The notes under the pieces are model-generated. The model saw only the letters and a program-made list of their open reading frames with translations. It did no database searches and was not told the origin of the DNA. Below are positions 49,407 through 61,341 of a stretch of 61,341 bases of DNA, one piece after another (within the stretch, counting starts at the first letter, position 1; each line of letters opens with the position of its first letter). The position numbers were made by a program, and so were the translations under genes. Location: positions 1 through 61,341 of the forward strand of contig CAJFCJ010000065.1 in assembly GCA_904063045.1 (NCBI GenBank). The letters are read 5' to 3'. The stretch is from Dimorphilus gyrociliatus (taxonomy: Eukaryota; Animalia; Annelida).

Positions 49407-51258
49407 ATGGTCCTTTATCCAACAACAGATATCTATGCAGTCAATGCTTCAAACATAGATACAAATCAAATAAACTATCTAATTTTAAGAAATAAACAAA
49501 AAAATTATCCAATACAAGGCCATTTTTCAACTAAAAACAATTTTTGTAAACATGCCAAATTTTTTATTAGAGCACCAGTAAAATACAACAAGACTTTTGG
49601 TGTGTCACTAGCATCATACTCAGATAAAATATATAAGAAAATTTTCCAAAAATTAAATTCCAGTTTATGGGTCACATGCTCCTTTCATCAACTTGACGGT
49701 TGGTATAAGATTCCTTAAAAAGTGTCTTAATATTCAACACATAAAATGTTATTTTTACAAGAAATTCAGTTAATATTAGCCAGTTCAACTAATTCTATTT
49801 GGACTAATTATTTCTTTTCACCCTTTTACAATGATAATCCAATTCACTTAAGATATTATATCAAGTCAAAAACTTATGGAATTATGCCAACAGTCTTTAC
49901 TGATACATTTCAACTATATGATTCATGCACCTTTGTTTGTGGTTTAATCAATAAGTCACTCGATGTGTATTCATGCAAAAGTATCAGATATTTTCAAAAA
50001 GTTTGTAAAAGGTCCTCATAAAAAATGACTTGTAACAAAATAGTTTGTTTGAATAGAACTTTTTTGCATTCTTTCAACATTGTACAACACCTATAAATTA
50101 TGGAGGGATATACTGTTCAATTGGTTATTCACTTTTTTTCTCAAAAAGAATGTTAATTGATGTTAACTGTGTAGAAAATATCAAAAATGGCTAGTACTTA
50201 GTGTTTTTGTTTCTTTCAGTAGTCATAATATATAGGTCTATTTTCTCCATAGTTAATGGATCAGTAATAAATGACCAAGTAAAATTTTCCATGATTCATT
50301 TGGAAGAGGATAAATCAGTGACAAAAGGAATTTTAAAAATCAAAACATTTGAAAATGAATTTTTTGCCATTTTTAATAAGTTTTCAGTTATTGTTCTCAA
50401 TGGCTTCTGTTCAAAATTGGGTTATAATTCACTCCATTCACTATCTTACCCATGGCAAATAGTTGACAAAAATGCTAGTTTTCTAAAAATGATGTGTAAT
50501 AATATAATACCAAATTGTTTTCTGTAAGTGTTGAGAATGATTGAACAAATTCATGAGACATCAGAACACATCCATCTTCTAGAGATATTTTAAACTATTC
50601 GAAACAAGATGGAAGTAAAAATGGATTGTTTTTGATTTGTTACAAGAAAAGTAAATCTATTGATACATATTGATTTTATTGATTATTAACATCATTTGAT
50701 ATGATTGCAGAATATTTTTCCACTGAAATAAAAGAGAATAAATATCAATTATATTTCCATGAAAATTTCAAATACTATAAAGTATATTCTTATCCAAAAT
50801 ACAGAAAGGAAATATGTAAGAAAAGCGGTTTTATTATTCAATATCCAATGGTTTCAAGGAATATTTCAAGGCAAATGAAACTATTTTTAAATATAAGTAA
50901 ATCTGTACTGATTGATGAAATATCCCAAAATGTTGATAATGTTTATTGTTCATATATGGAATCTGAAGGTTTAAAATATAAAAATTTCCAAAATATTTGG
51001 ATAAACTTTGAAATGAAATGTTTTACTTTGTGTTTCTTTTTTTTTGAAGATTTTCAAATATTTGAATACAATAAAGCAAATAACTGGACAAAGTATTTCT
51101 TATCATATGTCACAGATTCAATTATGACATATTATATCAATTCCAAAACATATGGCCTACTAGTAATGGCCTATGATTCTTATAGATCAATTGCCTACTT
51201 AAATTCATCAATTTTGTACTGCCACATAATTTGTGTCAATGACACTGATGGAAGATAG
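49407..51258 (+). CDS. Putative divergent extracellular protein (C-type-lectin-like / SRCR-like / C-type-lectin-like exons), possibly truncated
   Basis: Colinear ORFs with an internal repeat (WTNYFF..YYIKSKTYG..CTFVC vs WTKYFL..YYINSKTYG..CHIIC) and GILKI..FCSKLGY. The domain calls are weak. Confidence 0.35.
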
Positions 51259-51559
51259 TTGTTTTGAAGAAAGTGATTTTTTAGAGGTGTCTATAGGCTG
51301 TTTTTTTTAGAACAATCTTTCAAATTATAATTATAATTGTAAAAAAACAGAAAAAAATACCATATTTAACTTGCCAGAGTATTGAAAATTATAGCTTTGC
51401 GAACTGTATAATATTTTCTCCGAAACAAGAACTTACATTGACTCTTCTTCTTTTACCCTCAATTCACAATTTAAATGTTATCTAACCAGATTTTTTTAAT
51501 GTTACAAATTTCTAGCTTACTAATTGATAATCTGATGGTAAACTTTTTAAATTGCTTTA

Positions 51560-52121
51560 CAAAATTTAAAGGACCAGTCTACTACCAAAAAATTCAGAGT
51601 ATCTAATAAGCACATTTTTGGCTTTTAAGAAAAGAGAGGAAAAGGAACATCTGAATGATCTGGAAGGTTATCATCAAAGGCTGAATAAAATTGTTGAAGA
51701 AAATGTTTCTTTTTATTTAGTGATTGATGAGTTAAAGAGGGAGGCAGACCTGATAAATCTGTAAAAAAAGCATTTCAAATGAAAGAAAGATAATTAGACT
51801 TCAAAGGAAGATTTATACCCAAATTGAAAAAGATCTTTTCTTAATTTGGGAAAATTTTATAAAAGGTGAAATCAATGGAAAATAACTTCTGGAGCTGTGC
51901 TTTTTTTTAAAACTTGAAAAAAGTTTGTCTTTGTTTTATAGGTGTTTACAAATAATCAATACACAATTTATTTGTAAACCCAAAGCAGCATATTATAAAA
52001 AGTTTTCTGTTAATTTGTATTACATCATACATTTACATTTAAATGAAATTTGTTTTAATTTATGTTTTCTTTTGGCTCATAGATGTTTTCTTTCAGTTCA
52101 TGGACATTTTCTGTCAACCCC
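51560..52121 (+). mobile_element. MULE 3' remnant with terminal repeat
   Basis: NDLEGYHQRLNKIVEENVSFYLVIDELKREADLI (catalytic Glu region), then a TIR-like tggacattttctgtcaacccc end. Confidence 0.65.
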
Positions 52122-52628
52122 TAATTGTATTGATACCAATTGATTGAAAGGTTCCCTTACAACCTTGAAAGTTCTATCTATGAACCATATCTTAGATTTT
52201 GATAGAACTTCTAACTGCCTTGCTGTTGCTAAAACTAATATTCAAATATTTGTCACAATTCAGGGACAATATGAATGAATTTTTTCAAAGTAATTGTAGT
52301 ATAATGTTCTCAAAAAAACTGACATTACATTTACATCAATTGGCGGAATGAATTGTAGAGTTTATTAAATTATTTAAATATGCTCAGGAAGAATAAGACA
52401 GCTATTAATTTGTTCTTACGGTTTAGGAGCAATGAACTTGGGTACGAAATGGCAAGACCGGGGTTAGGGTCTTACCAAACATTTCAACACATTTTTTGTC
52501 GCATTCTTACCTAGATGTTGGATGTTCTTTGTTTTATTTTACAGTTTCAAGCTCAGTTATATCAATGAGTTATTTGAATATAACAAAGTAGGAATAACAT
52601 TGATAATATCTTGTACTTGGGCGTTTTT

Positions 52629-53606
52629 CTAATCTCGAGTTGTTTGTACTTGCAAAATACGACTAGGAACAACTATATTAATTTTTGCTGAAGAATTCAA
52701 AGATGCTTGACATTTGCCAAAAAAGAAATTTCTAATATTTTTTCTAAATGACACTTGGAATAAAATATAAATAAATAAATTTGAAGAATTATTGATAAGA
52801 TACGTATGATATAGGATGACATTTGTTGGAAATATGCCAACAGTTGCTAATATAATTGGAAACCAACTGAGTATAAATATTGTTGTAACTCCAAATAGCA
52901 TAGTTGCAATTTTAATATTTTTAATAAACAGTTTAAAATCACTTGTAATAAGGTGATTTTTCTTGAATTTTATACTCCTTGAATAAATGACTTTATAGAT
53001 CAATCCATAAATTGCATATAAAATAATGAAAGCTGAAATAAATACAAAGGAAAGAAGGTATCTATGAACTTGATAAATTATTCCAGTTACAGGAAAACAG
53101 CTATTTGATATGCAGTCATCATAGAGGTGATCATTTCTGACTTTGTACATTAGAGCATTGTATACACCAGCTGCCAATCCAGCTATGCCAATCAACATAA
53201 ACATATTCTTTATATGTTTTTTTTCAAGTCTTGTAAGAGGCCTACATATGCAAAACCACCTTTCAATAGCAACAAATAGAAAAGTAAATGAAGAAGTGAC
53301 AAGGAGAAAATGATAAAGAAACATAGTGATTTTACAAACTATGTTAGTTTTAATGAAACCCAATTCCAAAATAATAATATAAGGACCACATGTTGCACAT
53401 ATCATAACATCAATAATTGCCATACCTTTTATAAAGATATCATTAGGATTGAATGTTTTCTTGAAATCATACAAAAATAAAATAAGAACATTGGAAAATA
53501 TGCCAATGGTGATTGTAGTTAGAACAAAAATTAAAAATGATTTAAAATATATTAAATCTATTCCATCTTCGCAAAATGTTCTATTTTCCATCTTTACCAA
53601 CTGCAA
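52629..53606 (-). CDS. Intronless orphan class A (rhodopsin-like) GPCR, 325 aa
   Basis: Seven hydrophobic segments: GIFSNVL (TM1), MAIID (TM2), VAIERWFCICRP (TM3), FILSWFP (TM6), NNSSNLFIY (TM7). Confidence 0.9.
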   Translation of the reverse strand: MQLVKMENRTFCEDGIDLIYFKSFLIFVLTTITIGIFSNVLILFLYDFKKTFNPNDIFIKGMAIIDVMICATCGPYIIILELGFIKTNIVCKITMFLYHFLLVTSSFTFLFVAIERWFCICRPLTRLEKKHIKNMFMLIGIAGLAAGVYNALMYKVRNDHLYDDCISNSCFPVTGIIYQVHRYLLSFVFISAFIILYAIYGLIYKVIYSRSIKFKKNHLITSDFKLFIKNIKIATMLFGVTTIFILSWFPIILATVGIFPTNVILYHTYLINNSSNLFIYILFQVSFRKNIRNFFFGKCQASLNSSAKINIVVPSRILQVQTTRD

Positions 53607-54104
53607 ACTGCAATATGAAATTAAAGAATGTCAGACAAAGACCATTAGATACTGCAAAGTGTTTCTAAGTAAATAATATATAACCTACAGAAAGGTTTTA
53701 ATATTTTACATTGTCTAGGCAAAGTGCAGAGTATAATCGTCTTACTATGGTATTGTGTTAAATAAACCAAATGTAATTGCAGTCATCAAAGCCAGACAAC
53801 ACACAGTATAAAGAATGTTTGTTACAGAACCATTACATTTACAAAGTGAAATCTAAAATGTATTTTTTCTTTGCTATAACAAGGCTTTTTTTTGCATAAT
53901 TTATTCTATTAGAGTTGAAAGACAAAAAACATTCATCCTTGGTCAAATTTGGGATAAAAGTCAAGGTTGAAATTGGGTTTGGAAAAAAAATGAATTATTG
54001 TATTTTTTGCTGAGTGAGTCTGAACTTAATATTAGGGAAAGTAAAATGAAGCAGGTAAATACTAGGTCTGGGTTAGGGTTAGGGAAAAACTACAAAACAG
54101 TGGG

Positions 54105-54270
54105 TCTTTTCAACAACATCCATATCAAAACATTAGATCTATGGCTATTTAACAGCTCAGGTCTCAGTATTTTTGAGCCAATGTGGAGTATATGTAAAAA
54201 GAAAATAATGGCACACGTGCCAAGACATAAGAATAATCTGTGGAAGGTGTTAAAAAAGAAGTTTTTTTAA
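54105..54270 (+). mobile_element. Tc1-like transposase C-terminal remnant
   Basis: LDLWLFNSSGLSIFEPMWSICKKKI..P..KNNLWKVL resembles a degenerate WPxxSPDLNPIExxWxxLKxxV motif. Confidence 0.45.
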
Positions 54271-55852
54271 ATTTCAATATTTTAACTTTCCTAGATGAAA
54301 ATAGCGCTCTTTTTGGAGATAATATGGTATTTGTATACATACTGTATATTTGTTATCCATATTCTACTATAGAAAAGTAGCATTAAACTAGCATTGCCCA
54401 GTGCTAATAGCACTAAGAGACTGCTTCCCAAGGGTCAAGGAAAACTCATCGCTCAGAAAAGTTGTCCCCTTTTTGGGGAAAGTCATTCTCTTTTTAGGAA
54501 AAATTGTCCCCTTCTTGCAAGAGCAAGTTTTATCATTTTCAAAAAAGAAAGAGAAAAAAGTATATATAATATATTTATTGTACAATGAGAAATTTCTTTT
54601 TTGTAGTTAGCAAACTAAAGCTCTGCTTTTGGGAAAACTGGTAAATCATTCTCTATTTGTAATTTCTCTGTTTTGAGTAAGGAAATAGTCCTGATATTCA
54701 AGGCCATTCAAATTGCATTTTTCATACCAAGTTATTGAATCAGAAACTAACGATACTACTCTGGCATCAGGAGAGTGTATATCTTCAACAGGAAGCATAT
54801 GATGTCCTACAAACAACAGGTTTGTTAATACCAATGAGAAAAATAAATATCTGTAAGTTGTCTTACACTACATAGAACCTTTAAAATTTCTACACAAAAT
54901 ATCACAAATTGATTTATGGTTAAGAGGGTAAGTGTTGTTGGGTTTGTCCTACTTTTATGTTGGCTAAAGGATTCAACTAAGGGTTAGGTGGACTTTTCTC
55001 TTACCAACAATAAGACAATAGCCCAAATTTTTCGGACACACTCCAAGATCTCTTAAGGTTCTGGTTAGTTGAGATTTTAGGTACAGTTATCCGACGTAAG
55101 TATTAGGGTAAAGATTGAAAACTCATGCCTTTTTTCCTATTTTTAACCCTAATCATTATCTAAATAAACATTGTCTATTTGACTACTCAGATTTTCTTAG
55201 TGAACTGAATCAAAAACATTTTTATTATGTAAAATAATAGAAGACAAAAAGTAAGAGTATAAAGATAGAATTTTATATAGAAAGTCTTTTTCTCAAATTT
55301 AGAACGTATTGAATAAATTTTCCAAATGTATAAATATCATTAATTTCATGAAAATTTCTAAAAATTTTATACTTTTCCCAACAAACATAAAATTTCTTTT
55401 TCTTTGTCTAAAACAATGAAAAAAAATCTCGAGTTGAAAAAAAAAAAAAGAGAAATCTTTAATCATTTTTTCATTATTTTTACATGATAAATAATATTGT
55501 CCAACGTCAATAATTCTCCGAATGATACTAATTGCGAATGTAGAAAGCCGCAGGCTATTGAAATTTCTTTAATACATTGGAAATAATTGACATCCTTAAA
55601 TAAATAATATTCTATTTCATAAGAATAAGGAGGTGGTAACTTTACAAATGTTTGTATAAAGCATATATGATAATCATCATAATTATTCAAGCACAAAACA
55701 ACTATCAATATATAGACTCTTTTATAGTCATTTTTATGCAAATAGGCCTATACTTACACTCTTTTCTAACTGATATTTTAATGTCATCAATGCTTGCTTT
55801 CCTGTTGAGTAGAATTAATTAGTGTGTGTGTGTGTAAGTGTATAAAATAATT

Positions 55853-58800
55853 TTATTTGCCTAACCCTCTGTTTAGTAATTCATCTCTCTTTTCTAAAGC
55901 ATATTGATATATTGAAGATATTGTAAATATTAATGGATTTAGTACAGAATTAATAGGAACAATGAATATAACAAGTAAAACTTTAACATTATTTTCTAAT
56001 GTTAATTCTTTTAAAGTTGATAAAATAACTATTTAAAAACAAACTAAAATTGATTATTGTTGTTGTTTGTCTTGTTGTTTTTTTAAACCTAAAATTGATA
56101 GTGGAAACCAACAAATTACATTTGTAAGTATTGTTATTATAAATGATTTTTTTATTGTTCTTTTCTTAATACTGTTCTTCATGTTTAATGATTTAAAAAT
56201 TATCCTTAATAATTCAAGATTAATTATCAAAATTATTAAATTTGTTACAAATTCAAAAAAACCAAAAATGATAACTGAAAATATCCATCCAGTGAATGTT
56301 TTACCACCAATTTGAATGTTAAAACAAATTGAATATTGAGAGTAATAATCCTAAAAAAACAAAAGAAACAATTATTCAAGTCATTTTTCCATTAAAAAAA
56401 AACTTTTAACTTGGTAAAAGAAAACTGGTAAAGAACTGACAAAACAGGCAGAAATTATGATAAACAATGAAATTATGATTGAAAAATCTGATAAAATACA
56501 TTTTTGAAATGGATTTTTTATTACTATAATTCTTTCAATTGACATTATTAATAGACTAAAACTTGATATAAGTAAACCGGAAGTCATTAAAATACCGCAA
56601 AATTTACATAAAAATCCATTTTTCCAATAAATTTCATTTTCTAAATATTGATTATTATAGTAAGAATCAACAATTGAAATTATGATTAAATAGAGAGATG
56701 TAAAACAATTTCCAATTGTTAAACTACATGTAAAACTTTTTCCCTTAGCATCTGATGAAAAGTAGAAAAATGATGAACATATATTTGCAAATAGGCCTAT
56801 TAAACCACAACTCCAAAACATATATTTCAATAGATTTGAACTTAGAATATTTGAACATGTACTAAATAGTGAAGTAGATGGATGACAGATGACATTACTG
56901 CCAATTTTTGTCCAAATTAGACAACATAAACGGAAACTATTTGCGTAGAAAAATCTTAAATTTTTCATTTTTTTCAATGGAATTTCAATATTTAATGGAA
57001 ATTTTGTGTTTTTAAAATTCAATTCAAATATATTTTCTAAAAATTCTGCCTTATTTAATTCAATTATTTTAATAAAACAATTTTCAACTTTTAACACTTT
57101 AATATTTTTTGTAGATTTAAAAAATATTTCTGTTGTTAATACTGAAATTTTTGTATGTGAAATATCTAAATATAATAGAAATTCACTTGAGAAATTTGTC
57201 AATTCTACCATTGAAAATATTGGATTATGGGATACATCAATATATTGTAAAAGTTTATATTGTTCTTTAACACTAAAGAAGTTTAAATTTGATATATTAT
57301 TCAATTTTAGAGAGATATAAACAAGATTTGGAATTGACAATTTAGAATTTTTCAATTCAAAATTATTTTGAATTTTTAAAATTATTAAATTTATTAATCT
57401 ATTTTTATTGTTTATTTTAAAATTTCCATTCAAGTTAACTTTTCTAAAATAAACTGGTATTGAAATTTCTCCAATTAGTTTTTTATGATCATTTTCATTT
57501 GTTTGTAAAAGTTGACATTCTAATTCAATAATCATTGATTGTAAACAATTTTCAGGTAATTTTGATTCATTTGTACAGAAAATTTCGTCGCTACCAAATT
57601 GACAATCGACGATACCGTCGCAAACCTTTGATACATCTAAATATTTACTTTGATTTAGACACTTGAAATAACCTTGAAAGGTTAATTTATCTTTTAAAAA
57701 AATTGCACAGTTAAATTGATTTTTTTTCTTTATCTCTAATTTCATCTATGGTCTATCTACCGCAATTTGTTTCATCATCCTTAAAGAAACAATGATAAAT
57801 TCCATCGCAAAGAAAGTCGATTGAAATGCAAAATTCTTCATAAATACATTTATAAAAACCAATTTTACAAAATTTAAATTTTTCAATGACAAATCTATAA
57901 ATATTTGGAATTTTTATATGAAAATTTCCAAATGAACTAAAATGAAAATCTCTGTTTATATAAGAATTTGGATGGGTAAAATTTCTGCACATAACTTGAG
58001 ATTCATCTCTGGAAGTTAAACAATTTTGAATTTCATCACAAATCATAGTTTTTGGAAAACATGACTCATCACATTTGTATTGATTTACAAAATTACAATC
58101 TTTAAATTGAAAATATAGGAAAATATGACACAAAGCAGCAGCATCACTTAATTTTAAGGTTATAGTTATTAATACCTTGTTTATGCATTACATTTATTGC
58201 ATTGTCTGAATAGCAATTTTCATCAGATCCGTCAAAACAATTCTTTTCATTGTTACAAACAAACTTAAAGGGAATACATTGGCCATTTTCGCACATACTG
58301 AAAAGTAATAAAAGATAAATAAAGAATAAAACCTCACCATATCTCTCTATATTTTACTTATAGCCTTCTTTGCAACTTGCTCTAACTTTTGAAAAAAAAT
58401 AAAGACAACAATTAGTTTCATTGTATCTTCAAAATTGTTTTGTTTAAAACCACAAAATTGTTCATCGTAGCCATTTTTGCAATCATTCACATAATTACAA
58501 ACTAATTTGTAGCGTATACTTTGATTATCTTCATCGAAGCACTGAAATTGCTCAATTAAAGAGTTTTCATTACAATTAGATTCATCTTGCCCCGACGGAC
58601 AGTCTAGAATTCCGTTACAAACGTATAAAAAACTGATACAAATCTTATCTTTTGAACAGGGAAAACTGTGTAAACATTCAAAGTGTTTATGAAATGATGA
58701 TGAATGGAAAATATTTTCAGTTCTATTGATTTCTGTATGAGAAAAAGGAACATTTTTTAATATTTCAAAAAATTGAAAAAATTTGACAAACCAGTAACTT

Positions 58801-61225
58801 CTTGACAAACGTAAAAATCAATGTAGCTTTTAAGGCAAGAATCCGAAAAAATTGATAAACTTTTACTGTTCACTTCAAGACTAAATGTATCGTCATGAGT
58901 AAAGATTTGTTGTTTATAGACAAAATGATGATTCAAAGTAGTATGATTGATAACTTTTTCTCTTATAATGGAGTTACTCTTGTAAATGGTTAAGAATCAA
59001 AGAAAAAACTCTACATAATCAGATAATGAAATTTTACCAATAGATAACTAAATGGATAATTTCCAGTGGTAACGAATTGTCGAATGTTGTTTCTCTTTGA
59101 TGTCTTTTCAGATACAACTAAATAATTTTTTAGAAATTTTTAAAATGCAAGAAAATTTTTTGTGTTGACAGAGAAAATGTCCTCAAATAACATTGCTCCC
59201 CCAATGTATGATTGGTACTCAATTGTTGAGTATAGGGTTAGGGTAAAATCATAAAAAAATATTTCAGGACATTTTTCATCGTATCGAAAAAAATTTTTTT
59301 TTTTTTTACAAACCATGTAAAAATTTTATACTTGAAATATTTTCATAAAATTCTTGGATTGCAAAAATTAGAAATTGAAAAATAGTATATTTTTCTACTG
59401 ATGGAAAATCAGCTAAAGTCATTTGTTTCTTTTGACATAATTGACTTAGATATTGAGGTGTTACAATCTCTTTCATCTTAAATATTTGATAACATATTCC
59501 ATTAATGTTTATCATTTTTGGACGAGAGCAGTAGATTTCTAAATAATACGAAAAAAAGTAAGATATAGATTAACAAGTGGCGCCCTCTCTAGGAGAATAT
59601 TGAAAAAAATAAAGTGTACTTTGTGAATTATCCATACATTTGATAAGAAAATTCATTTTTTGAGGTTGCCATCTGTGAAAAAATTTTTCAATTTTTGTTT
59701 CCATATATTTAAATAAACAATATGATAAATCTTTAGCATTTTCTAAACAATTTAAACTATAAAATACAAAATATGTTTCATTGTATTTTATTTTTTGTGT
59801 TTGTTTTGGTAAGTTTGGATTTGAATAACTATTCTTAAAGGCAACTCTCGTAAATGATTTTGGAATAATGAATGGTTTTTTATGTTGAAAAATAGTTGTA
59901 CCATATTCAAATTTAAAATGTTTGCATAGCGTTTGTATTTCATTATCACGAATAATTAATAATTGATGAAATTCTTTGTTATCTATCAGTTTTTCTGGTT
60001 TTCCAATTATATATTTAAAATTTGAATTACTATTATTTGAATAAATTTGAAATTTTATATTGTTAAGTCTGACTATGACGTCATTTTTGAAATTTTTCTT
60101 CAATTTATTTCTATAACATTTGAACCAGGAAATGGAAATTTTTTGTTTGATTGAATGAGAAAATGAACATTGTGAATAATTGATAGCATTTTCACAATTT
60201 GCTGTAAATACATATTGGTTTTTCTTAGTTAATTGTATTGTTTTAAATTTTGTTGAATTGTTTCCATCAAATCCAAATATTGAACATATAAAATTTAATT
60301 GAGAATTAGTAATTTCAACTTGTAGCCATTTGTTTTCAAACATTATCTGAAAATAACCATAAAAATTTGAAAAATAATTGACATCTAAAGGTTTTAATGT
60401 GATATTTTTATCAGAAAATCTCATTCTGTTTAGTATATTATCATTTGCAGTACAATGTAATTCTGGATAAACCAAGTCTTTAATATCTAGAAAATTATTT
60501 TTAGAGTCTATATAAAAGTTTAAATGATTGTTGTTCTTTGTCTTTTTATTGAATCCGCTCAGGTAAAAAATCTGTAATGAAGTTGATAATTTAATGTATA
60601 TGAAATGTTTATTATTTTTTTGAACAGGTGATTTGTTTTTTTGAGTTTGGATTTAGAATTAGATGTGTTCAAGGATAATTACGAGAGAATCTGTATACTA
60701 CTCTCTATCTTCAAATCAAAATTTTCATATCAACTGTTCATTCCAATTTTACTTCTCTATATATATTCAAATCATTCAATTCAACTTTTCTCTTAGACAA
60801 GATATATGGACCAGTTTTATTCAAAAATTGATGACATATAAAATACCCTAAATTGAAATTATCAAGTGAAAAATCGTGAAATATTAATGGTAGAAAACCA
60901 AATGAACGTGACTTTAAAATAAAATATTTTTGTTTTGAATTTTCTTGAATTGTTTCAATATCTATTTTTTTTTGTTTTTTTTTAAAAAATCAATTATTTT
61001 GTTTCATTTTCTTTTACCTTTAAGCTCAGAATATGTGCAAAAACTTGATAAATTCAAATTTGAATTCAACAATTTTAAGTAATCCATTTTGAATGAATTT
61101 TGATTGAAAAATTGAATTTTGATTGTAAAGTTTAAGATTTCAATATTATTAAAAGAGTTTAAAAGTAGAAATGAAGTAGATGAACATATTGAATCTTTTA
61201 AATTTGAATTAAAGGTAACTTTCAA
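55853..61225 (-). CDS. RXFP/GRL101-like (LGR type C2) receptor: divergent N-terminal modules, 6 or more LDLa, LRRs, 7TM; 5' end may lie beyond the window
   Basis: LDLa repeats at 58347-58808 (2), ~58200-58290, 57753-58133 (2) and ~57570-57670; LRRs; hinge LCC...CSNIL; TM3 SIER. Hand-found exons 56340-56085 (..NVICWFPLSIL) and ~56030-55853 (VPINSVLNPLIFT...GLGK*). Linkage of exons above 59300 is inferred. Confidence 0.8.
59160..59285 (+). mobile_element. Degenerate MITE with a TTAGGG tract, in a putative intron
   Basis: gaaaatgtcct...aggacattttt inverted cores flank tagggttaggg. Confidence 0.45.
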
Positions 61226-61341
61226 ATTTTTTGTGTTATTTCTTAAATAAATCTTATAATTTTCCAGTTTTATTCTGACTGCAAAAAAATCTGCAAAATA
61301 TCAAAAAAAAAAAAATCCAAGTATTTTCTATATAGTTATTT

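Noticed and set aside
54646-55741. Two minus-strand ORFs that might form a small secreted gene
   Set aside because: No domain signature and splice linkage not demonstrable.
1-61341. rRNA, tRNA, CRISPR or prokaryotic defence systems
   Set aside because: None recognisable; spliceosomal introns and animal gene families indicate eukaryotic nuclear DNA.

Overview
AT-rich eukaryotic (animal) DNA with very short GT-AG introns (50-72 nt). The gene content (GRL101-like LDLa-LRR GPCR, F-type lectin and discoidin genes, chitin-binding/TSP1/C1q gene, RI-type LRR fragments) points to a compact-genome spiralian invertebrate such as an annelid; this is an inference and the species cannot be proven from the sequence. 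Main structures: (1) the 3' end of an LTR retroelement (7831-11015) with an ~800-codon envelope gene whose Cys/Pro/Gly spacing matches herpesvirus-gB-type class III fusion proteins, followed by a polypurine tract and a 635-bp TG..CA LTR. (2) A near-perfect inverted duplication with 8,791-bp arms (11016-22608 and 26809-35599, 4.2-kb spacer). Each arm carries an LRR remnant, a truncated Mutator/Phantom element, a deleted BEL/Pao element and a ChtBD2x2-TSP1-C1qx3 gene. (3) An apparently intact 2,793-bp Mutator/Phantom transposon in the left arm only, with a 9-bp TSD and a clean empty site in the right arm. (4) Many other Mutator relics and MITEs, several carrying TTAGGG repeats. Host genes reconstructed by hand: MPC2-like, a CUB-TM protein, a discoidin protein, a multi-FTP lectin, an orphan class A GPCR and an RXFP/GRL101-like receptor. 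No database searches were run; family calls rest on motifs recognised by eye.
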